This document shows positions 48,476-56,594 of a stretch of 64,000 bases of DNA, one piece after another. The translations under genes were made by a program, and so were the position numbers. Origin of the DNA: a virus; the IMG/VR virus record IMGVR_UViG_3300005096_000005, positions 32,001-96,000 of that record; one strand, given 5' to 3'. The first letter of the stretch is position 1. Each line of letters opens with the position of its first letter. The notes under the pieces are model-generated. The model searched no databases. It saw only the letters and a list, made by a program, of their open reading frames with translations, and was not told where the DNA came from.

Positions 48476-50328
48476 GTCCTCTTACGATCGGGCTGGAACT
48501 CTGTGTCCCATAGGTGCGGCACGAACGTGAGTGTCCGCTCCATTCCCGGAGTATTGAGTTTCAATATAGTATTGGGGTCTTCGAATACAGCTTCCTCCCA
48601 CCAGAATCCCTGACCCCACCTCCACTGATTCCACATTACTTTTGTAGTGTCGTTGATGATCTCCGCCATCCGTTCGTGTCCGATCCGGTTCATTCCCTGC
48701 TGTGTGATATCGTTGAAAGCTTCATGCCGCCTCTGCCACGTAGCGTATGCATCAGGACGCAGAGCTCGGTATTGAATGGCCTCCGGACTAATGCCCAGGT
48801 AATGTGCCTTACGTTCTTCTGAATAGTCGGCAGGACCATCGAAACCTTCAAAGTGGACCATCCGGTAGTCCGTCTCGTTAATTGCAAACACACGGCTCAT
48901 CATAGTCTGTAACAGGTATTCGTGAGCCTGAGGGATACCGGCCCTGTGAAAAGTCCCGCTCCGTACGTGAACGTACTGCGGAGGTTTCTGTTCCGGCATC
49001 AGGCTACTTACTCTCATACGATATTCAAGGATCACGTAAGCATTATTGTCGTATGCTCTGTGGTGGTCCGCGTAATAAATATCTTTGATCTCACTGTCAG
49101 TCAACCCGGGGTACTTTGATCGAAGACTGTCCATTGGCAGGCGCCCGTCTGGAGAATCCACGTAATCAACTTCGATTGTTAGAGCGTTGGAATCAAACAC
49201 AAACTGGTCGTTGTTCTTTCCATTAGCTTTGACACAACGATACGCCACAGTATATGTGTCGTCATCGTCAAATCCAACTGACGCAAAACCATATACGTGA
49301 TCCGGTACGGGTGTAAGCACGATGTGTCCCGGCCCTGTCAGCCTCAACACAAGATAATAAACCAGGGTGCTGTGTCGAGTTGTCGGCACTTCAGACGTAG
49401 CGAGAACAGACGGTACAGTGATGATTCCATCTTCGATAATGTTGTCCCACTTTGCCACCTGGAGAATTCTCGGAGCTTCAGTTCGCGGTTCAGCAACACG
49501 GGCCGGATCTCCAAATACATCTACCCCATCGTTATCGTACAAAATCGGAAGCCTGAATTCGCCGGGATTGGTTAGAAGCCCAAACTCCCGGCGTACACCA
49601 TTCTTGATCCCGGGACCTGTAGCGTTACTCGGATGGATGAAGATGTCATTCAGACGCCGGGCGTAAAACATATCGTGTTCACCAGGCAGCCTCTCGACAC
49701 CCATGTCGAATCCCCACTCGTCGATCTGGTCCCAGATGTTTGACAACTTAAATGAATTGCTGGATACAGTTCTTGTGTATGGGTCATTGTGGTTGGCGTC
49801 GGCTGCAAAATGGATGGTGATGCTGTCGTACTTCTTTTCGAACAACAAGTACTTGTCAGTACGGCCCAGCTCCTGGTCCGTCATGTCCAGCAAAACGCAC
49901 CAATCCTGCGGCGTGGTAAATCTGACCGCCTGTTTATAACTGGCAAAGAAGTGCGGGTTAGGGAAGTAGTTGAATTGCTCGCTATATCCGTCCTGGGTAA
50001 ACACGACCTTCTCAATTACGGTAGAAGTTACGGGAACAAACCATAAGGGTTTAAACAACTCCGGCGGGAAGTGCGTAAAGCTGGAGGTTCCATGAACAAT
50101 CTCATAAATGGTAGACTCTGCACTGAACGGATTGGAGAGGGCACGCCATAGGAGGAGGTTTTGCCGAAAGTCTTCCAGAGGGCGGCCCACTACATTCATG
50201 AGCCTTTTCCCAAACGACTTCGGGTCATAAAACACCCTGGTCCATGTCGGCCAATTAGACGACATTGACTCCCCAATGTCTGTCGGGATAGTCGGTATAA
50301 TGAATGCGTGTGCTGTTATCGCTTTCAT
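48472..50328 (-). CDS. Baseplate wedge-like protein (gpI/gp7-like)
   Basis: DEWGFDMGVERLPGEHD.FYARRL.D....P.NAT..GI motif; W-rich C-terminus; near baseplate J. Confidence 0.6.
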   Translation of the reverse strand: MKAITAHAFIIPTIPTDIGESMSSNWPTWTRVFYDPKSFGKRLMNVVGRPLEDFRQNLLLWRALSNPFSAESTIYEIVHGTSSFTHFPPELFKPLWFVPVTSTVIEKVVFTQDGYSEQFNYFPNPHFFASYKQAVRFTTPQDWCVLLDMTDQELGRTDKYLLFEKKYDSITIHFAADANHNDPYTRTVSSNSFKLSNIWDQIDEWGFDMGVERLPGEHDMFYARRLNDIFIHPSNATGPGIKNGVRREFGLLTNPGEFRLPILYDNDGVDVFGDPARVAEPRTEAPRILQVAKWDNIIEDGIITVPSVLATSEVPTTRHSTLVYYLVLRLTGPGHIVLTPVPDHVYGFASVGFDDDDTYTVAYRCVKANGKNNDQFVFDSNALTIEVDYVDSPDGRLPMDSLRSKYPGLTDSEIKDIYYADHHRAYDNNAYVILEYRMRVSSLMPEQKPPQYVHVRSGTFHRAGIPQAHEYLLQTMMSRVFAINETDYRMVHFEGFDGPADYSEERKAHYLGISPEAIQYRALRPDAYATWQRRHEAFNDITQQGMNRIGHERMAEIINDTTKVMWNQWRWGQGFWWEEAVFEDPNTILKLNTPGMERTLTFVPHLWDTEFQPDRKRT

Positions 50329-50732
50329 ATTCCCCTAACCTCAATGCTTCCACGGACGTCTACATTACTGGAGTCCTTGATAGTGTAGTATATCGTGTAC
50401 ATCCTTGCCGCTTCAATAGATGGCACTGACAGAACCACTGACCTGTCTGACACTGCTGAAACAGACCCCGGAATGATTGCATGTCCCGCGTCATCCACAA
50501 GTTGCCAGTTTTTCCTTTTGGTTGCCGACAGTTTGTTGACAGGAGAGTCGAATGTTACCTGCACAACCTTGTCGTACTCACGAATAGGCATCTCGTCGCC
50601 TGCCGTTTTAACACTGGCAGCGAGCCTGCCTTCAAAGAATGCAAACCCTTTCGCACTTACCGACACCGTGCTGGCAAGTCCGGGATCTCCGGGATACTCT
50701 CTAAAAGGAGGAAAGTAAACAGTATTAGACAA
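50325..50732 (-). CDS. Small Ig-like (Big_5/SbsA-type) domain virion protein
   Basis: VQVTFDSPVN..SA....NW...V.L......YTI...IKD..N pattern. Confidence 0.6.
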   Translation of the reverse strand: MSNTVYFPPFREYPGDPGLASTVSVSAKGFAFFEGRLAASVKTAGDEMPIREYDKVVQVTFDSPVNKLSATKRKNWQLVDDAGHAIIPGSVSAVSDRSVVLSVPSIEAARMYTIYYTIKDSSNVDVRGSIEVRGI

Positions 50733-51027
50733 TCTCTACGGTTCCTCTCTGTATAATATGATCGATCCGCGTCTTCACTCCCACGACACCGTCTTGTTCA
50801 AAATCGAGCCTTCCGCCAATGTCCAGACGACCGTCGAACATTTGTTCGTATGGAGCTTCGTTACTGACAATCCCCACTTTGCCTGGAAACACAAACCAGC
50901 CTACGCTCTTGACAGCCATTCTGCCATCGAAGAACTTAACCCGGGGCGTGGGAGCTTTGACTCCGATCTTTCCGGGCCATATCAAGGCACTACGGATAGT
51001 CACAGTTCCGTCAAAGAAAACCTGCAT
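50725..51027 (-). CDS. Small repeat protein (F[DP]G[RK]h repeats)
   Basis: AAGGAG RBS; FDGTV, WPGKI, FDGRM, FPGKV, FDGRL, QDGVV, QRGTV. Confidence 0.65.
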   Translation of the reverse strand: MQVFFDGTVTIRSALIWPGKIGVKAPTPRVKFFDGRMAVKSVGWFVFPGKVGIVSNEAPYEQMFDGRLDIGGRLDFEQDGVVGVKTRIDHIIQRGTVEIV

Positions 51028-51036
51028 ATCTACTCC

Positions 51037-52080
51037 TTATAGTGCGTCAAAGGTAACTTTAAGTTTCCACGTGTAGTTAGGACCCGGAGACATGTTCGCG
51101 GGAATGTCGAACTTGAGAACGATCTCCGCATATCCTCTGCCGGGATAAGCAAACTCGTCAGGGATCTCCGCGACCACATCGTTATTGAGTCCTGCAGACA
51201 CTTCGTCCGGTATAGTCGTTGTGACTCCTCCGATGTCCATACGGCTGGAGCTACCTCCAACGATCTCGAAATCCACTTCGGGAGCCAGATATGTCCAGCT
51301 TCCCCACACGCGGCAATCCTGTGCGGGCGGGTCATTGAGCTGGAGCACAGCCGTGGGTTGACTGGCATCTACCGTAAACTGCCCCGGTGCAATCTCGACA
51401 GTGTAGCGATAATCCAAAAAGATATCGATCACGCCGCCCGGATCGCCAGTGGGAGGAGTCTTTCCTGCGTTTGGTCCACCAGGACTCGAATCCAGGGTAA
51501 TAACCGGATTAGCACCACTGTAATCTACGACAGCGTTCTCTGTGCTGTACGTCTCAGTGCCGCCTGCATGTGTAACCTGGAATGTTGGTGGTAGATAACT
51601 GAGAGGTTGGCTGGAAGACGGTCCAGCTTCATTCACAGTAATCTGCCAGGTGTCGTCGGTCCATGTGCTGTTTGGATTGGAACCTGTTGGCACCTCCTTT
51701 TTCGGAACCATGCTCGGGTCTACGTAAGTGTTGTCTCCGCCCGCCGGCATTGGAAAGTTCTGGTTTGCGCCATTCCCTGTGCCGAGCTCCACTTCTTTCG
51801 CAACTTCGCATAGTGTCAAACACCGGCCTCTTAAAGCAGGCTGGAAGTCCGGAGACACTCCCTGTACCAGCGGAGAAGCTTCAGAACCGTCCGCAGCCAC
51901 AAGAGTAAGGAGACAATTCATCGCGGCCGATACGCCACCTCCGCCCCCTTTGTTGTTGTAAATGCGGATAGTCTTTTCGATGCTCTGGCCACCGCGTTCA
52001 ACGGTATTGAAGTCAAGCACCGGCATTGGGGTCGGTGTTCCGCCGACCATCTCATACAGTGATAATACTGGCTGTGGCAT
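51037..52080 (-). CDS. Putative baseplate-associated virion protein
   Basis: GGAGG RBS; Pro/Gly/Thr- and beta-rich; directly follows J. Confidence 0.7.
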   Translation of the reverse strand: MPQPVLSLYEMVGGTPTPMPVLDFNTVERGGQSIEKTIRIYNNKGGGGGVSAAMNCLLTLVAADGSEASPLVQGVSPDFQPALRGRCLTLCEVAKEVELGTGNGANQNFPMPAGGDNTYVDPSMVPKKEVPTGSNPNSTWTDDTWQITVNEAGPSSSQPLSYLPPTFQVTHAGGTETYSTENAVVDYSGANPVITLDSSPGGPNAGKTPPTGDPGGVIDIFLDYRYTVEIAPGQFTVDASQPTAVLQLNDPPAQDCRVWGSWTYLAPEVDFEIVGGSSSRMDIGGVTTTIPDEVSAGLNNDVVAEIPDEFAYPGRGYAEIVLKFDIPANMSPGPNYTWKLKVTFDAL

Positions 52081-52091
52081 TGTTTTCCTCC

Positions 52092-52895
52092 TTATGTAAT
52101 CACTTGTATTGGCTCAGCAACGTTGGGGTCTGGAACAATCTTTTCATCCCACGCCGCTGGAATATCTCTCGGTAAAACCGGCTGTTGGTCCAGGTATATC
52201 TCCTTGAACTCAACCCCCGACGCACCCGCTCCAACTGCCGCGGCGCGCACCCTGTCAATAGCCATTGTCTGCGCTCTCCTTAGAGATTCGAGATAACCCC
52301 TGACGGCTTCTGCTATCACCTCGGGAACGAGATTGACTCCACGAACCAACAGAACCATACGTACTCCTCGCATCTCAACAGACATAGTTGGAGCCATTAC
52401 CCCTTTGGCCACTACCCCCGCAAGAATCGTATCTATATCATTGAGCAGTTCTGCGTCAACCTGAGTATTGGCTATCGGGTCGATGAACGTAGCGAAGGAA
52501 CCACTGCCGTATACGAAGTCGGCGTAGGCTACGTCCTGGACTCGTGGATGTGTCTTTAATCTGGAATCAATAGCTATGTCATTACACGCCTGTCTGTTGA
52601 TCTGCGCTATCTGTATCCTGTTTCTCAGGGACTCGTCAGTTTCTGCAAGCACCCTGGTCAGAGCAAGCGAATTGGCTCGAAGATCAAGAAACGGCCCGGT
52701 GGCTGTCGTTGAGTTGGAATTCTTGATGCCGTCATACGTAGAGCCATGAAGCTCTGCCATGATGTTCGCAAACTCGTCAAACATCGCCTTGGCCTTGCCG
52801 CCTTCATATATATTCCCAATGCCCAGGGCTGCCTGGAACGCTTTCATCTCCACACGCAGCGCCTCAGCGCTCTTTGGGAGGAACGGTATTGGCAT
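52092..52895 (-). CDS. Baseplate J-like wedge protein (compact)
   Basis: ATGPFLDLRA..L.LTR; ETDESLRNRI; GSGSF..F.D. Confidence 0.8.
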   Translation of the reverse strand: MPIPFLPKSAEALRVEMKAFQAALGIGNIYEGGKAKAMFDEFANIMAELHGSTYDGIKNSNSTTATGPFLDLRANSLALTRVLAETDESLRNRIQIAQINRQACNDIAIDSRLKTHPRVQDVAYADFVYGSGSFATFIDPIANTQVDAELLNDIDTILAGVVAKGVMAPTMSVEMRGVRMVLLVRGVNLVPEVIAEAVRGYLESLRRAQTMAIDRVRAAAVGAGASGVEFKEIYLDQQPVLPRDIPAAWDEKIVPDPNVAEPIQVIT

Positions 52896-53518
52896 TACGC
52901 CACCTCCTTCAACATCAGGTACGGCCCTTCAACAAACGAGAACGGAATTATCTCTCGAATTACCATACGAACTCCCGTCAGCACCTCTACGGCGAACAGG
53001 AGTGTCTTCTCGTCTGCTATAAAGTACTTGACCAGTAGGTGGGGACTCTGGACCAGCCCGTCTCGAGTAAGAGCGTCGATAATCTTTTGGCGGAGTGCCT
53101 CTGCCGTTACCATCGTCATGCTGTCTCCTACCTGCTCTTCGAGGTTTGCACCTACATTGGGGTACGTTCCCCAGTCCTGATTCGTTGTCTTACAGATATC
53201 TCTCACAGACTGCTTCAATGATTCAAACCTGTCTTCCGGCATATAACCCCATGTCTCAATCAACTTCTCTAATTCACCATCTGCCAGAGACGGGTACATC
53301 TTCTTTAAGGTTTCCATATAGAATTGTTTCAATGTAGCAACGTCGCTGTTTGGGTGGGAACCGGCAAGTTGCATATCATCGCGCCGACGGTTCCTTGCAA
53401 ACTTGGATGCCAGCATAATGTCCCAGCCTACATCCTCGCCATTGTCGAGAGGGTCCGTGTCCATGACAAAGTCCCCGTCATACGTGAAGGCGAAGTCTTC
53501 GTGATTGTAGTATCCCAT
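52895..53518 (-). CDS. gp25/gpW-like baseplate wedge / sheath initiator
   Basis: DF.FT.DGD and T...DW..YPNVGANLEE.VG...I..ALT; adjacent to J. Confidence 0.72.
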   Translation of the reverse strand: MGYYNHEDFAFTYDGDFVMDTDPLDNGEDVGWDIMLASKFARNRRRDDMQLAGSHPNSDVATLKQFYMETLKKMYPSLADGELEKLIETWGYMPEDRFESLKQSVRDICKTTNQDWGTYPNVGANLEEQVGDSMTMVTAEALRQKIIDALTRDGLVQSPHLLVKYFIADEKTLLFAVEVLTGVRMVIREIIPFSFVEGPYLMLKEVA

Positions 53519-54162
53519 TATGTTTTCCTCACAATAGCTTTGCCATCAATTGTCACAAGCCCCTTCACGGCAGTGTCCTTAACAAACTCGCCTATCTTCT
53601 TGTCGTCAACTATCAGGTGTTCACTGCCGATAGTGGCTTCATCCTCAAATTGAACCCTGGCCATAAACCTGGTAAGGGCCTCGAACACAGACTCCCCTTT
53701 TACTAACAAAGTGTCAGCGAGCCTGGTGGCCTGTTCAACGGTCAGTCTGCCGTGGAGAAGCGAGTCGAAGTCTACTTCGAGGTCTCCCATAATGTGCTCG
53801 TCACCCTCCTGGTGGATGCCGAGACGCCCTCGCCTCATACCGACTACCGATCTGACATAACGACCGTCGCCAACAATCATCCGGTCGTCACACCATGTCA
53901 CCGACCCACAGGCTCCATAGGTGCTCTCTCGAGGAAACCTCTCCACAATGTCGTCATGCCGCGTACTCCTAACGCCCCAGTGTGTGCGATAGGTCCCTAA
54001 TTCGTGCATAAACTTCTGGCATGTCTCAAAGACAGTTCCGAAAGACACTTCGTCCTGACTCTTGTAAGCTGCCGCCAGAGAGTTCTGTCGTACCGGATTC
54101 TTGTATGAATCGGCAGGTCTTCCGTCTCTAAGGTCGGGTATAACTGGTATTCGCTTATTCAT
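53518..54162 (-). CDS. Putative baseplate spike (beta-helical repeats)
   Basis: 6-residue periodic stretch GDEHIM-GDLEVD-FDSLLH-GRLTVE; position upstream of gp25/J. Confidence 0.5.
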   Translation of the reverse strand: MNKRIPVIPDLRDGRPADSYKNPVRQNSLAAAYKSQDEVSFGTVFETCQKFMHELGTYRTHWGVRSTRHDDIVERFPRESTYGACGSVTWCDDRMIVGDGRYVRSVVGMRRGRLGIHQEGDEHIMGDLEVDFDSLLHGRLTVEQATRLADTLLVKGESVFEALTRFMARVQFEDEATIGSEHLIVDDKKIGEFVKDTAVKGLVTIDGKAIVRKT

Positions 54163-54695
54163 TACTCTCCACTCTGTGATCCCGACATGTCGACCACATC
54201 AGCTTCTCCGTCCAAGAACGTATCGACAATATACTTACCACCTTCGTCTTTACTGAGAGCCACCTTCGCCCCTCTGATGCCGAGACTGTCCTTGACACGC
54301 CCAATCCCCTGGGCCGTCTCCTCGTCTATAATATGAATGGCCGACCCGAGCTTAACAGACGCTCCCAGAAACCACGCTTTCAACTTCTTCATAGTCGGGA
54401 TCTTGTCTTTAGCTATCTCTGCCTCAACCACCCGGGATGTCCCGGTTAATTGAACAATGAGTAGCAGATCCCTTCCAAGAATGGGTTTCTGCGTCGTATT
54501 CCATTCCATCAGACTCTTATTGATTTGAAGGTCGCGATACCCCTCCCTGTCAAGTATCCTTCCGGTGTTCGGGTCCTTAAATTGTGCAGGCTCCCATTCA
54601 CCGTCTTCTATCCTAACGGCTGCACACACGATCCCTGTCGCGCCAATCTGATCACGATCCGGAGGCGTTGCTGTGTTTTGCTCTTGCGCCATCAT
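54162..54695 (-). CDS. Hypothetical protein in baseplate cluster
   Basis: Coupled to both neighbours (ATGA and TAATG). Confidence 0.65.
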   Translation of the reverse strand: MMAQEQNTATPPDRDQIGATGIVCAAVRIEDGEWEPAQFKDPNTGRILDREGYRDLQINKSLMEWNTTQKPILGRDLLLIVQLTGTSRVVEAEIAKDKIPTMKKLKAWFLGASVKLGSAIHIIDEETAQGIGRVKDSLGIRGAKVALSKDEGGKYIVDTFLDGEADVVDMSGSQSGE

Positions 54696-55954
54696 TCGAT
54701 CCCTGCCGTATATTCTCTTACATACTTTCTGTATTCCGCTCTCACCTGTGGATTGGAACCTCCTGCAGTAATGGTGTACTTATCCGGATTCAAGAAATGG
54801 TAGAACGGGTCTACCGATTGTCCCTGAGGATTCCTGCATCCAATATGCAGATGAATACCGCTACTGTGGCCTGTGTTGCCAGCAACACCAAGCTGGGTGC
54901 CTGCTGCAATATATTGTCCTTCCGAAACCATCGGAGTGGCATGCATGTGGCCATAAAACGTGCGATAACCATTGGGGTGCTGAATCTCAACCGTGTTTCC
55001 ATAACCACTATAGGCACTTCCGCGCTCCGCATATCTGGCAAACGTAACTGTGCCTTCAGCCCCGGCATAAACCGCTGTGCTGAATGGAAGATCGTTTCCG
55101 TCGTGCAACTTTCCATTCCGAATTCCGTACGGTGAGTTGACAGTGTACCCTCCAACAAAACCGATAAACAGATCACCCTTCGTCTCAGGTCTCAGCGTAT
55201 AATCGCCACGGAGTCGCCTGGGAGCAGAAGTACGTGGTACAGGCTGTGTTCTCCCTCTACTTCTAATATCTCCCGCCTGAAACGCGCTGGCCCGCTTAGG
55301 CGTCCCATCCAGAGCTGCCTGCCTGGCCGGATATATCTCGCGCCGGACATCCTGCACGGACGCCCTATGGATATCAGCAGGAGTTCTAACGTATGTAGTG
55401 TCCGCCACCATATCCTCCCAAGCCCTCTCGGGCATGGCCTGTCCGAACAGTCCATCGTCATAGGTGTTAATCTCGCGAAGGGTAAGTGTCTGAGGCATCC
55501 CGTTGCTTGTATTATAATTACCATCCCCCGCAGAGCGGTTATCAATAACGTCAGTCTTAACGTCTGCGTTTGCACCATGCGGAGGAGGTACACTGGCGGA
55601 AAGACCTCCGAGGGTTGGGCCACTACCGAGACTGGGGGCTGATGTGAGCTGTTCGATAGACGGCGTTCCATGAATTGCGTTTCCAAGATATCCACGGATA
55701 CCTACAGGATTCGTGTTTTCGTCAAAGGCTACAGCAGCTTGAAGCCTGATCTGAGCAGGGTTTGCAAAACGCCAGGAGCCGGTCTTCCGCACCTCTCCGT
55801 GGGTTGGAAGATTCTGTTTGAGACGCTCAATCAACATGTTTACAGCCATACTTCCGGGACGTGGCGTGTGCCTCACTCCACCCTTAGACAGGACCCGAGC
55901 TTCCTCTGCCGAGCCCACAATTCGACTGTTGTAAACTCCAGTATTCGCAGCCAT
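54692..55954 (-). CDS. M23-family metallopeptidase (peptidoglycan hydrolase) with long low-complexity N-region
   Basis: HDGND (HxxxD); YGN.V.I.H...Y.T.YGHM; GNTGHSSGIHLH (HxH); VDP. Confidence 0.9.
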   Translation of the reverse strand: MAANTGVYNSRIVGSAEEARVLSKGGVRHTPRPGSMAVNMLIERLKQNLPTHGEVRKTGSWRFANPAQIRLQAAVAFDENTNPVGIRGYLGNAIHGTPSIEQLTSAPSLGSGPTLGGLSASVPPPHGANADVKTDVIDNRSAGDGNYNTSNGMPQTLTLREINTYDDGLFGQAMPERAWEDMVADTTYVRTPADIHRASVQDVRREIYPARQAALDGTPKRASAFQAGDIRSRGRTQPVPRTSAPRRLRGDYTLRPETKGDLFIGFVGGYTVNSPYGIRNGKLHDGNDLPFSTAVYAGAEGTVTFARYAERGSAYSGYGNTVEIQHPNGYRTFYGHMHATPMVSEGQYIAAGTQLGVAGNTGHSSGIHLHIGCRNPQGQSVDPFYHFLNPDKYTITAGGSNPQVRAEYRKYVREYTAGIE

Positions 55955-55965
55955 AGTATGTTTCC

Positions 55966-55993
55966 ATTATACTCGTATGATATAAGGTAGCAA
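55966..55993 (-). promoter_or_regulatory. Candidate sigma70-type promoter for the M23 gene
   Basis: Minus strand reads TTGCTA-N16-TATAAT in a 40-bp AT-rich gap, the largest intergenic gap in the window; the ATG lies 11 nt after the -10. Confidence 0.45.
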
Positions 55994-55994
55994 G

Positions 55995-56594
55995 TCAATT
56001 CTCCAAAGAATCGTTCCAAACTACAGCATCAAGAGCCTTCATCGTCCACTTGGCCAGTCGTGTCATATTGTTCGGGGACTCGTTTACAAGCATAAGACTC
56101 GCTACTTTAAACCACTCACTTCTGTCCTTTACATCCGACCACGTCGCTCTACCGGTAATGGCCTGATTGCGAGAGTGGCCGGTGGCGTTCCTATTATCAT
56201 ACAGCCACTTGGCCCATGCCACACCAACATCCACGCACAGCTTCTCGTCAGCAACAGCCTCGGCCCACGTCAAGTTTATAGGAATATTCGGATCGATCGC
56301 CCACGATCGCTGCAAGATACTGGCCCACTCGCTTTCATAAAAACGGAACAAACCCCTGGCCTGGTTCGCCAATCCGTTGCTGGCCGACAGTTTCATGGCC
56401 GACACGGTAATAGCAAAAGCCTGGCAGAACTGTTCCAGAGTTGCTCCCTGCTCTGTAATATCAAACTCAGGAAGCTCAAGTATCCTTGCTTTAATAGAGA
56501 GTCCGGCATGCGTACTTCCCACCTGCCTGACCCACACCTGGATATCCTCCGGTTTACCGGCGAGGACCTGTGCCATTGTTTTTATAGTAGACAT
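55995..56594 (-). CDS. Lytic transglycosylase (SLT)-like protein, catalytic Glu absent
   Basis: Start is set at the TAATG junction 56594 with a GGAGGTG RBS. AITVSA...ASN...ARGLFRF...W...D....VGVAW resembles SLT A..ES....A.N..A.GLFQF. Confidence 0.6.
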   Translation of the reverse strand: MSTIKTMAQVLAGKPEDIQVWVRQVGSTHAGLSIKARILELPEFDITEQGATLEQFCQAFAITVSAMKLSASNGLANQARGLFRFYESEWASILQRSWAIDPNIPINLTWAEAVADEKLCVDVGVAWAKWLYDNRNATGHSRNQAITGRATWSDVKDRSEWFKVASLMLVNESPNNMTRLAKWTMKALDAVVWNDSLEN

